From contig JADLAC010000043.1 in assembly GCA_020848435.1 (NCBI GenBank), positions 64,670-128,669 of the forward strand: a stretch of DNA of 64,000 bases. Reading direction: 5' to 3'. The notes below the pieces were generated by a model. That model was not told where the DNA came from. It saw only the letters and a list, made by a program, of their open reading frames with translations, and searched no databases. This DNA is from Burkholderiales bacterium (GTDB lineage Bacteria; Pseudomonadota; Gammaproteobacteria; Burkholderiales; WYBJ01). This document shows, one piece after another, positions 1 through 7,888 of the stretch; the first letter of the stretch is position 1; the number at the start of each line of letters is the position of its first letter. The position numbers were made by a program, and so were the translations under genes.

Positions 1-1
1 C

Positions 2-325
2 CGCACGTTCTTCGGCTTCGTCTCCGGTCACAGTGCGCTCGAGCTCGGCGGCATCGTCCTCATGGGCGCGGCGGGACTCATGCTCGGAGGCGCCTTGATC
101 GCTCCGGGCCGGCTCACGCGCGCGAGCGCGCTGCGCCTGCGGGCGAAAGCGGCTGTCCCGCTGGTTTACGGCGCGGGCGCCATGCTCACGGCTGCCGCGT
201 TCGTGGAGGCTTTCTGGTCGCCGCTCGGCGTCGTTCCGGCCCCGATCAAGTACGCGGCCGGCGCCGTGCTATGGACCCTCGTGCTGCTGTATTTCATTTT
301 CGCGGGCCGCACGCGTGCGCCTTGA
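2..325 (+). CDS. SpoIIM-like (stage II sporulation protein M / DUF95 family) integral membrane protein, C-terminal fragment; the 5' end lies outside the window
   Basis: The frame is open from the window edge (RTFFGFVSGHSALELGGIVLMGAAGL...VEAFWSP...LLYFIFAG). The tail is TM-rich and typical of SpoIIM-family genes found upstream of DUF4129/DUF4350/MoxR/DUF58 genes. It overlaps the next gene start (GTG 315) by 11 nt. Confidence 0.5.
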   Translation, partial: RTFFGFVSGHSALELGGIVLMGAAGLMLGGALIAPGRLTRASALRLRAKAAVPLVYGAGAMLTAAAFVEAFWSPLGVVPAPIKYAAGAVLWTLVLLYFIFAGRTRAP

Positions 326-1808
326 CCAATCCAGTTTCGCCCTGCGGACACGCGCGCCATGGGAGGCGGTCGACCTCGGCACGGTCATGATCCGCGCATG
401 GTGGCGGCCGGTCTACGGCGCCTGGTTCGCGATCGTGCTGCCGGTGGCCGCAGGCCTCCACCTCGCCCTGGCGGCGTGGCCCTGGGCAGCGCTGCTGGCG
501 ACGTGGTGGCTCAAACCGCTGTATGACCGGATCGTACTGCACGTCTTGTCGCGAGCGGTCTTCGGCAAGCCGCCGGGCACGCGCGCGACGCTGCGCAGCC
601 TGGGCGACGTAGTGCGCAAAAGCGGCCTGCTCGCGGCGCTCACCTGGCGGCGCTTGGACCTCGCGCGATCGTTCAATCTGCCCGTGTATCAGCTCGAGGG
701 GCAACGATCCACGGCGGCGCGCAGCCGCGAACGAGTGCTCGGCCGGCGCACGGCCGGACAGGCCACGGGGCTCCTGTATACCTGTCTCATGTTCGAGCTG
801 GTGCTGGCGCTCTCGCTCAGCGCGGGCGTCGATCTGTTCACCCCCGCGGGCATCCGCACCGACTATGGGCCGCAATCTTTTTTCCGTAACCTGCTCAGCG
901 CCGATGCGCAGAACGGCGCCGTGTATCTCTACAACGCGTTCGCCGTGCTGGCGATATCCGCCGTCGAACCCCTCTATGTCGCCGGCGGATTCGCGCTTTA
1001 CCTCAATCGCCGCACGCTTCTGGAAGCCTGGGACCTGGAGCTGAGCTTCCGGCGCATCGGCATCGACGCCGCCTCGAAGCACGCTCGGGCGGCCGTTTAC
1101 TTCGCATGCGCGGCCGCGATCGTCGCGATGGCGTGCGCGCCGCGACCGCTGCTCGCTCAAGACGCGTCGAAACAGATCATCCGCGAGGTGCTGGCTGCGC
1201 CCGAATTCCAGGAGTACCGCACGCAGTGGACGTGGCGAGCCCGCGATCCCGAGGGCGCCCAGCCCGAGCGCGCGGCCCCGGCGTGGCTGGCGCGGACCCT
1301 CGAAGCCCTCGCTGCGTCGGCTTCCCAGCTCACCCGCCTCGCCGCCTACGGCGTGATTGCCGCCGTGCTCGTGCTCGCGCTGCGCTATCTGTGGCGCGAG
1401 CTGGCGCGGCGCCAGCCGGCCGGGCGATCGCGCGATCGTCGGCGCGCGCCTCCGGAGGTGTTGTTCGGGCTCGATGTTCGTCCCGAAGCCCTGCCGCGCG
1501 ACCTGGCCGCAGCCGCCGCCGCGGCCGCGCGTACCGATCCTCGAATGGCGCTCAGTCTGCTCTACCGCGGTGCGCTCGCGACCCTGATCCATCGCGACCG
1601 CCTGGCCATCGAGGGCGGTGCGACCGAGGCCGATTGCCTGCGCCGAGTGGAAAGCGCGTGCAGCAACGAGCGGGTCGAGTATTTCGCGCGGCTGGTGCGC
1701 TGCTGGTCGCAGATCGCGTATGGCAGCCGCGCCCTCGATCCCGCGCTCGTGCAGCGTTTGTGTGTGGAATGGCCGCGCCATTTCGTGCAATCGGCTGCCC
1801 TGGCATGA
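315..1808 (+). CDS. Multi-pass membrane protein with a C-terminal DUF4129-like domain
   Basis: 497-aa ORF with a GTG start overlapping the upstream gene. It has several hydrophobic helices (e.g. WFAIVLPVAAGLHLALAAWPWAALLATWW, LLYTCLMFELVLALSLSAGV, AAYGVIAAVLVLALRYLW). The C-terminal soluble part (LLYRGALATLIHRDRLAIEGGATEADCLRRV...) resembles DUF4129. High-GC3 codon usage supports coding. Confidence 0.55.
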   Translation: MRLDQSSFALRTRAPWEAVDLGTVMIRAWWRPVYGAWFAIVLPVAAGLHLALAAWPWAALLATWWLKPLYDRIVLHVLSRAVFGKPPGTRATLRSLGDVVRKSGLLAALTWRRLDLARSFNLPVYQLEGQRSTAARSRERVLGRRTAGQATGLLYTCLMFELVLALSLSAGVDLFTPAGIRTDYGPQSFFRNLLSADAQNGAVYLYNAFAVLAISAVEPLYVAGGFALYLNRRTLLEAWDLELSFRRIGIDAASKHARAAVYFACAAAIVAMACAPRPLLAQDASKQIIREVLAAPEFQEYRTQWTWRARDPEGAQPERAAPAWLARTLEALAASASQLTRLAAYGVIAAVLVLALRYLWRELARRQPAGRSRDRRRAPPEVLFGLDVRPEALPRDLAAAAAAAARTDPRMALSLLYRGALATLIHRDRLAIEGGATEADCLRRVESACSNERVEYFARLVRCWSQIAYGSRALDPALVQRLCVEWPRHFVQSAALA

Positions 1809-2959
1809 AGCGCGTGCTCGCGGCCGGGGCACTCCTGGTGGCTCTCGCCGCGGTCGCGGCGGCCTGGTTCGTGACCACGCACGAGCGCGTGCAGACCAAG
1901 GTCTGGGTCGGGCCATCGCGCGCGGCGAGCATGAACCCGTATCTCGCCGCCATGCGCTTCATGGAGCGTATCGGCCTTGGCACGCAGATCGCGGACCGAC
2001 CCGCGCAGCTCGACCGGTTGCCTCCCGGCGCGACGCTCATCCTGCCGGCGCGACGGGTGGCATTCACGCGCGATCGGCTGCAAGCGGTGCACGCATGGAT
2101 CGAGCGCGGCGGTCACGCCATCATCGAACCGGAACCGAGCCGGGAGCGCGACGTGCTGCTGGAATCCTTTGGCATCGGCCGGCGCGATGTGCGCCGGCAC
2201 AAGCCCGGACAGACGCTCAACGCGCGCCTCACGGCACGGCACGAGGTTGTCGTGGTTGCGCAAACCTTCGGTCCGACGCTCGACCTCGCCGGCGTGAGCG
2301 CCGATATCGTCGCCATGGATTCGGCCGGACCGTGGCTCGTGAGCTTCGCGCGCGGTAGCGGCCGGGTCACCGTGCTGAGCGGCATGCAGCGATTCCACAA
2401 CCGCTGGATCGGCAGCCACGATCACGCGGAGCTGTTGCGGCAAGTGCTGGCGCTCTCCGGCGCGAATCCTCGGGTGCTATTGGTGCAGACGCCGCGCGAG
2501 CTGCCCTTGTGGCCGTGGCTGCGAGAACATGCGCAACCGGCCCTGTTGGCGGCCGCGGTGTTACTGGCGCTATGGCTCGCGCACATCGTGCCGCGTTTCG
2601 GCCCGCTGCAGCCGGCGGCGATTCCCGAACGGCGCCAACTGCTCGATCACTTACGCGCGACGGGGCGCTTCCGCTGGCGCCACGGCGGACGCTCCGGCCT
2701 GCTGGCCGCTGCCCGGGATGTGTGCCGCCGCCATATCCTCGCCGCCCAGCCGCGTCTCGCCCATCTTTCTGCCGGACAGCGCGATCTGGAGCTGTCCCGA
2801 CAGCTCGGCGCGGGCGCGCACGCGATCGGCCGGGCGTTTGATTCGGAAGTCCGCACCACGGCGCAATTCGTGCAGGTCGTGGGCACACTTGCTAGTATTC
2901 ATGCCCAATTGAGCGGCGCCGCGCGCTCGCAAGCGCCGTTGCGACGCAAGCGCCGATGA
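1805..2959 (+). CDS. DUF4350-like membrane-anchored protein
   Basis: The ATG at 1805 forms an ATGA overlap with the upstream stop. There is an N-terminal TM helix (VLAAGALLVALAAVAAAWFV) and a second TM near residue 250 (PALLAAAVLLALWLAHIV). The segment PGATLILPARRVAFTRDRLQAVHAWIERGGHAIIEPE is typical of DUF4350. I reject the longer 1106 start in the ORF track because that extension is an R/A/P-rich shadow. Confidence 0.55.
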   Translation: MKRVLAAGALLVALAAVAAAWFVTTHERVQTKVWVGPSRAASMNPYLAAMRFMERIGLGTQIADRPAQLDRLPPGATLILPARRVAFTRDRLQAVHAWIERGGHAIIEPEPSRERDVLLESFGIGRRDVRRHKPGQTLNARLTARHEVVVVAQTFGPTLDLAGVSADIVAMDSAGPWLVSFARGSGRVTVLSGMQRFHNRWIGSHDHAELLRQVLALSGANPRVLLVQTPRELPLWPWLREHAQPALLAAAVLLALWLAHIVPRFGPLQPAAIPERRQLLDHLRATGRFRWRHGGRSGLLAAARDVCRRHILAAQPRLAHLSAGQRDLELSRQLGAGAHAIGRAFDSEVRTTAQFVQVVGTLASIHAQLSGAARSQAPLRRKRR

Positions 2960-3936
2960 CTTCACCCGTGACACCGCAATCCACCGCCGAGGCGATCGAG
3001 CTGGTCGCGCGCCTGCAAGCCGAGGTCGCCAAGGCACTGATCGGCCAGGCCGAGGTCATCGAGCACGTGCTGGCGGCATTGCTCGCCTCCGGCCATGTCC
3101 TGGTCGAAGGCGTGCCCGGCTTGGGCAAGACGCTGCTGGTGCAGGCGCTCGCGCGCAGCTTCGCCGGGCGTGCGAGCCGCATCCAGTTCACGCCCGACCT
3201 GATGCCCTCCGACGTCACGGGACACACGCTTTACGATCAAGCGGCGCAACGCTTCGTCGCGCGCCGCGGCCCGGTGTTCACCCACTTGCTGCTCGCCGAC
3301 GAGATCAACCGCGCGCCAGCCAAGACCCAGGCCGCGCTGCTCGAGGTCATGCAGGAGGGGCAAGTGACGATCGAGGGCGAGGCGCACGCGCTGGAGCCGC
3401 CCTTCATGGTGCTCGCGACCCAGAATCCGATCGAGCAGGAGGGCACATATCCGCTGCCCGAGGCCGAGCTCGACCGTTTTCTGCTCAAGATCCGCATCGA
3501 CTACCCGACGCACGGGGATGAAGTCGGGCTGGTCCGCCAGGTCACGCGAGATCGGGTCGGGGACCGCCTCGACGTGTCGGCGGTCACGCCGCTGGTCACA
3601 CCGGCAGCAGTGGTTGCCTTGCAGCGCATCGCGGCCCGGCTCACGCTCGCCGACCAGGTGCTCGACTATGCCGTGCGCATCGTGCGCTCGACGCGAACCT
3701 GGCATGGCCTCGCCGCCGGCGCCGGGCCGCGCGGGGGCATCGCGTTGGTGCGCGCTGCGCGCGCGGCCGCGCTCATCGCGGGCCGGGATTACGTGACGCC
3801 GGACGACGTGAAGCGCATGGCGTTGCCCGCGCTGCGGCATCGGCTCACCCCGACGCCCGAGCTGCAGATCGAAGGCCAGGACGCTGACGCGATCCTGGCC
3901 GCGCTGCTGCAAAACGTCGAAGCGCCGCGAAGCTGA
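2956..3936 (+). CDS. MoxR-family AAA+ ATPase
   Basis: Walker A GVPGLGKT, Walker B LLADEINRAPAKTQAALLEVMQE, and the ATQNPIEQEGTYPLPEAELDRF motif. 326 aa, with an ATGA start/stop overlap with the upstream gene. Confidence 0.9.
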   Translation: MTSPVTPQSTAEAIELVARLQAEVAKALIGQAEVIEHVLAALLASGHVLVEGVPGLGKTLLVQALARSFAGRASRIQFTPDLMPSDVTGHTLYDQAAQRFVARRGPVFTHLLLADEINRAPAKTQAALLEVMQEGQVTIEGEAHALEPPFMVLATQNPIEQEGTYPLPEAELDRFLLKIRIDYPTHGDEVGLVRQVTRDRVGDRLDVSAVTPLVTPAAVVALQRIAARLTLADQVLDYAVRIVRSTRTWHGLAAGAGPRGGIALVRAARAAALIAGRDYVTPDDVKRMALPALRHRLTPTPELQIEGQDADAILAALLQNVEAPRS

Positions 3937-3937
3937 C

Positions 3938-4333
3938 ATGGCCCTGCTGACCTTGACCGATTACCTCATGGGGCGCGAGCGCGTTTATGCGCACGAGCTC
4001 ACGCCAGAGCTGCACGCCAACGCCGCATCGACCCTCGAGCGCGCCAACGCGCTGCTGCGCCGCGCCAGATTCACGGGCTGCACGATCAACTCCGGCTGGC
4101 GGCCGCGCGCACTGAACGCCGCGGTTCCGAACGCATCGCCGCGCAGCAGGCACATAAGCTGCCAGGCGATCGACTTGTGCGACGATGCCGATGCGCTCGA
4201 TGCGTGGTGCATGGCGAACCTGCACGCCCTCGCCGAGCTGGGCCTATGGCTGGAGCATCCGAGCGCGACCCCGGGCTGGTGTCACGTCCAGATCGTGCCG
4301 CCCGCATCGGGCAATCGGGTCTTCATGCCTTGA
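3938..4333 (+). CDS. Peptidase M15-like (D-Ala-D-Ala carboxypeptidase / phage-endolysin-type zinc metallopeptidase fold) protein
   Basis: 131 aa. SGWRPRALNAAVPNASPRSRHISCQAIDL ... GWCHVQ matches the SxHxxGxAxD ... H zinc-ligand pattern of M15A/Peptidase_M15_3 proteins. The start is 1 nt after the MoxR stop. No signal peptide is visible. Confidence 0.6.
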   Translation: MALLTLTDYLMGRERVYAHELTPELHANAASTLERANALLRRARFTGCTINSGWRPRALNAAVPNASPRSRHISCQAIDLCDDADALDAWCMANLHALAELGLWLEHPSATPGWCHVQIVPPASGNRVFMP

Positions 4334-4356
4334 ATCCCGGCGCACGTGCCAATGCC

Positions 4357-4977
4357 ATGAGCCTGCCGCAGGCGAGCGAGGTGATCGAGCTCTGGTTCGG
4401 CGATGCGCTCGCCACCGCCGCTGCCGCGCAGGCGCGGGCCAAGGTCTGGTTTTCGTACGACCCGCGCTTCGATGCCGAGCTGGCGCGCCGTTTCGGTAGC
4501 CTGCCGCAACGCGCGCGTGACGGCGAGCTCGACGATTGGCTGCGCGATCCACGCGCCGCGCTGGCACGGGTCATCGTCCTGGATCAGTTTCCGCGCAATC
4601 TCTATCGAGACCACCCGAACGCGTTCGCTTTCGACGCCTGCGCGCTCGCGGGCGCCCAGCTAGCGCTGGACGCAGGTTGGGACACGTCCTTGCATCCGCT
4701 CGAGGCCGTGTTTCTGTACCTGCCCTTCGAGCACGCCGAGGACATCGCCATGCAAACGCGCTCGGTCGCTTTGTTCGAGAGGCTGGCGACGCGCGCGCCG
4801 CCCGGATATGAGGACCTGTTCGAAGGTTTCGCCGACTACGCGCGACGGCACCGGCGCGTCATCGCCGAGCTCGGCCGCTTTCCGCATCGCAATGCGGTCG
4901 TTGGACGCGCTTCGACGCCGGCCGAAGAGGCGTACCTGCAATCCGGCGGCGAGCGCTTCGGACCGAGCGCACGCTGA
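4357..4977 (+). CDS. DUF924 family protein
   Basis: Start chosen at MSLPQASEVIELWFGD. WF..D...D..L...F, LDQFPRN.YR and RFPHRN motifs are characteristic of DUF924. The ORF-track start at 4177 adds an implausible R/P-rich leader. Confidence 0.7.
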   Translation: MSLPQASEVIELWFGDALATAAAAQARAKVWFSYDPRFDAELARRFGSLPQRARDGELDDWLRDPRAALARVIVLDQFPRNLYRDHPNAFAFDACALAGAQLALDAGWDTSLHPLEAVFLYLPFEHAEDIAMQTRSVALFERLATRAPPGYEDLFEGFADYARRHRRVIAELGRFPHRNAVVGRASTPAEEAYLQSGGERFGPSAR

Positions 4978-4986
4978 TCGCCAGCC

Positions 4987-5880
4987 CTATTTTGCCGCCG
5001 GGGCCACGGTCCGCTTGACGGCCGCTTTCGGGCTTGCGCCCATGCGCACCGGCACATCGTCGCCGATGCTGGCGAAGCTAGCCTTGCAGCGCATGCCCGC
5101 CGGCAGATTGCGGCTGCGATTCGGCAGCTCCAGGCGCACACCGAACGTGCCGCTGGCGGCATCCAGCACGCGGTCGACGACGCTCACCACCGCCGGATGC
5201 CTGCCCCCGACCGGCGCATCGGGAATGACATCGACCTTGGTGCCGACCTTGACCTTGCCGTACGCTTCTACCGGCAGCACGACTTCCACGTGCAGGACGT
5301 CGATATCGGCGATCTTGAGTATGGGCTTGCGGCCCACACCCGCCTCGGCCACCTCGCCGGGGTGCATGAGCCGCTCCATTACCACGCCGCCCAGCGGGCT
5401 CGTGATGGTCTTCAGGCGCAACAGCTCGGTCTGGCGCTTGTATTCGAGCTCGGCAACGCGGCGGTTGTCGACCGCTTCCTTCAATTCGGATTCGGCCAGC
5501 TTGCGCTCGGTGGCCGCCTCGTCGCGCGCCTGGGCCGAAATGAAATTCTGCTTGTACAGCTCTTCCTGCCGGGTGTGCTTCTTCGAGGAGTATTCGACCC
5601 GGCTCTCGCCCGAGCGGACCGCGCCTTCGAGCTGAAAGCGCTGCAAGGCGAGCGCCGCCGAGGCGCGCTCGACCGCCGCATCGAGCTGCACCAGAAGCTG
5701 CCCCTTGTTGACGAAGTCGCCGCGATCGACGGTCAGTTTCTCGATCACGCCCTCGACGGGGCTGCGGACCTCGATCACCTGGCGCGGGTCCATGACGCAA
5801 TCGAAATCGGCCGCGTCGGCCAGCGCGGCCGTGAGCGACAGAGCGAGCAGCGCGGTCTGAAGCGAAATCGACTGCGGCAT
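4987..5880 (-). CDS. HlyD/MFP-family periplasmic adaptor subunit, orphan (no cognate pump adjacent)
   Basis: Signal peptide MPQSISLQTALLALSLTAALADA. Lipoyl/barrel-sandwich motif VRSPVEGVIEKLTVDRGDFVNKGQLLVQLD, a central coiled coil, and ITSPLGGVVMERLMHPGEVA. Confidence 0.7.
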   Translation of the reverse strand: MPQSISLQTALLALSLTAALADAADFDCVMDPRQVIEVRSPVEGVIEKLTVDRGDFVNKGQLLVQLDAAVERASAALALQRFQLEGAVRSGESRVEYSSKKHTRQEELYKQNFISAQARDEAATERKLAESELKEAVDNRRVAELEYKRQTELLRLKTITSPLGGVVMERLMHPGEVAEAGVGRKPILKIADIDVLHVEVVLPVEAYGKVKVGTKVDVIPDAPVGGRHPAVVSVVDRVLDAASGTFGVRLELPNRSRNLPAGMRCKASFASIGDDVPVRMGASPKAAVKRTVAPAAK

Positions 5881-5920
5881 GGGCGTCGGCAGCGGGATGA
5901 ACAGCGCGCGAGCTGCGCGC

Positions 5921-6229
5921 CTACTTCAGCTCGCCATAGCGCGTCTCGTACTCCTTGATCAGCTTGCCCAACAGATCCGACAGGCGCTTGGCGGCGAACG
6001 GGCTCAAAATGATGCGATGCTGCAGCTCGATCTCGAACTCCTGCTGCATGCGGTCCCAGTTCTGGTTGACGCCGAAATTGAGCACCACCTCTTCGCGCGT
6101 GCTGGTCGCGTTGGCGACGTTGCAGTACGAGCTCTTGAGCTGGGACGTGGCCCATCGCACCCTCGCCTGGTCGGGCGTACCGCTCGCCGGTCGGTCCTTG
6201 GCTTGTTCTTCGCTGGGGGCTTTCGCCAT
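5921..6229 (-). CDS. DUF3467-like small protein
   Basis: Start chosen at MAKAPSEEQ (ATG 6229), preceded by AGGAGAG 7 nt upstream. The core YCNVANATSTREEVVLNFG...ILSPFAAKRLSDLL resembles DUF3467. About 102 aa. Confidence 0.5.
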   Translation of the reverse strand: MAKAPSEEQAKDRPASGTPDQARVRWATSQLKSSYCNVANATSTREEVVLNFGVNQNWDRMQQEFEIELQHRIILSPFAAKRLSDLLGKLIKEYETRYGELK

Positions 6230-6452
6230 TTCGATCTCTCCTGTCGATGAGCGTGGGGATATGCCGCGCGTCCGGCTTGACGGCGATGCCGATTCTACCA
6301 GCCGGTCACGCGCCTCCCGCATGCGTGTGCGCGACACTACCATCGGCGCGGCCCGAAAGGAAAGCCAACTGTGTCATGGCCGCGGCGCCGCTTCGCGCGC
6401 TCGCCGCATCGGTTAGCATAGGCGCCGAATCGTCCGCCGAGCCGGCCCGTCC

Positions 6453-7763
6453 ATGCGTTTGCTGCCCACCCGCCGTGCGCTTGCGCTGGCCGGCCTATGG
6501 CTGATGGCGAGCGTGCTTGCCATGTTCGGCTGGATCGACGCCGCGGCGGCGGCCTACGCCGGCGTGCTGCTGTTCGCCGCCTTGGCGCTCGAGGCCTACG
6601 GGCTGCTGCGCCAACCCCTGCCGCAGGGCCGTCGCGAGGCGCCGCATTCGCTGGCGGCGGGGCGCTGGCACGATATCGTCCTCGTGACCGCGAACGATGC
6701 CCCGCGGAGCGCCGCGCTGCGCATCTACGATCTGCATCCGGAAAGCTTCGAGTGCCGCGATCTTCCCGCCGCGCTGGCGCTGCCGGCTCGCGGCTGGGTC
6801 CGCACCACCTACGCGGTGCGCTCCAGCAAGCGCGGCGCTTTCGAATTCGGCGCGATCGAAATCCGGCTGCGCTCCAGGTTCGGTCTGCTCGAACGCCAGG
6901 CGCGAATCGGCGCGCCGCAAGCCGTGCGCGTCTATCCCGACTTCGGCGCGCTCACGGGCTATGCCCTGCTCGCCACCGACCACCGCCTCTCTCAGCTCGG
7001 CGTGCTCCAGCGCCGGCGGCGCGGTGAAGGCCTCGATTTCCACCAATTGCGCGAATACCGGGTGGGCGACAGCGTGCGCAGGATCGACTGGAAGGCGACG
7101 GCGCGCATGCACCGGTTGATTTCCCGCGAATACCAGGACGAACGTGACCAGGCGATCGTCATGCTGCTCGATTGCGGAAGGCGCATGGCTGCCGCGGACG
7201 GCGAGGTGTCGCACTTCGATGCCGCCTTGAACGCCGCGCTGTTGTTGGCGCACGTCGGATTGCACCATGGCGACGCGGTGGGCGTGCTCACCATGGCGGG
7301 CGAGCAGCGCTTCATCGCGCCGCGCAAGGCGCGCTCGACCATCACCCTCATGCTGAACATGCTCTACGACTTGCAGCCGACCCTGCGCCCGCCCGACTAC
7401 CATGCCGCCGCGCTCGATCTCATGCAGCGCGTGCGCAAGCGCGCGCTCGTGGTCGTGCTATCCAACCTGCGCGACGAGGACGACGACACCTTGCGCCCGG
7501 CGCTGGATCTGATGCGCCGCCGCCACCTGGTGCTGTTCGCGAGCCTGCGCGAGCAGGTGTTGGCGCGGACCTTGTCGGCGAGCGTGCGCGATCTCGATGG
7601 CGCGCTCACGCATGCCGCGACCGCCGATTACTTGCAGGCGCGAAACGCGAGCTTCGCCAAGCTCCAACGCGCGGGGGCGCTGATGCTCGACGTCGAGCCG
7701 CAACAGCTCGCGCTCGCGCTGGTCAATCGTTACCTCGATATCAAGCGTAGCGGCACGCTCTGA
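6453..7763 (+). CDS. DUF58 domain protein (MoxR-associated, vWA-like)
   Basis: Two N-terminal TM helices. The motif RRRGEGLDFHQLREYRVGDSVRRIDWKATARMHRLISREYQDERD is the DUF58 signature, followed by a vWA-like region. Confidence 0.85.
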   Translation: MRLLPTRRALALAGLWLMASVLAMFGWIDAAAAAYAGVLLFAALALEAYGLLRQPLPQGRREAPHSLAAGRWHDIVLVTANDAPRSAALRIYDLHPESFECRDLPAALALPARGWVRTTYAVRSSKRGAFEFGAIEIRLRSRFGLLERQARIGAPQAVRVYPDFGALTGYALLATDHRLSQLGVLQRRRRGEGLDFHQLREYRVGDSVRRIDWKATARMHRLISREYQDERDQAIVMLLDCGRRMAAADGEVSHFDAALNAALLLAHVGLHHGDAVGVLTMAGEQRFIAPRKARSTITLMLNMLYDLQPTLRPPDYHAAALDLMQRVRKRALVVVLSNLRDEDDDTLRPALDLMRRRHLVLFASLREQVLARTLSASVRDLDGALTHAATADYLQARNASFAKLQRAGALMLDVEPQQLALALVNRYLDIKRSGTL

Positions 7764-7888
7764 ATCGGCTCCCGGCGCGCGCTCGACGGTGGCGAGATGA
7801 CAGCGGCAGCGGCCCTGGCGAGAATCGAGGCCGCGCGCGATGCGACTCGTCCTGCGGCGGGTTCGTCAAGGGGAGAGAGGCGCTGCCC

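Noticed and set aside
1106-2959. Long 617-aa version of the DUF4350-like gene
   Set aside because: The first 233 codons overlap the preceding gene in another frame and are R/A/P-rich. ATG 1805 gives an ATGA-coupled start followed by a proper TM helix.
3938-6452. The block between MoxR and DUF58 as a prophage remnant or mobile element, because of the phage-type M15 peptidase
   Set aside because: I found no integrase, transposase, phage structural genes, flanking direct repeats or tRNA target. GC content and codon usage look native. I report only the insertion-like gene order, not a mobile element.
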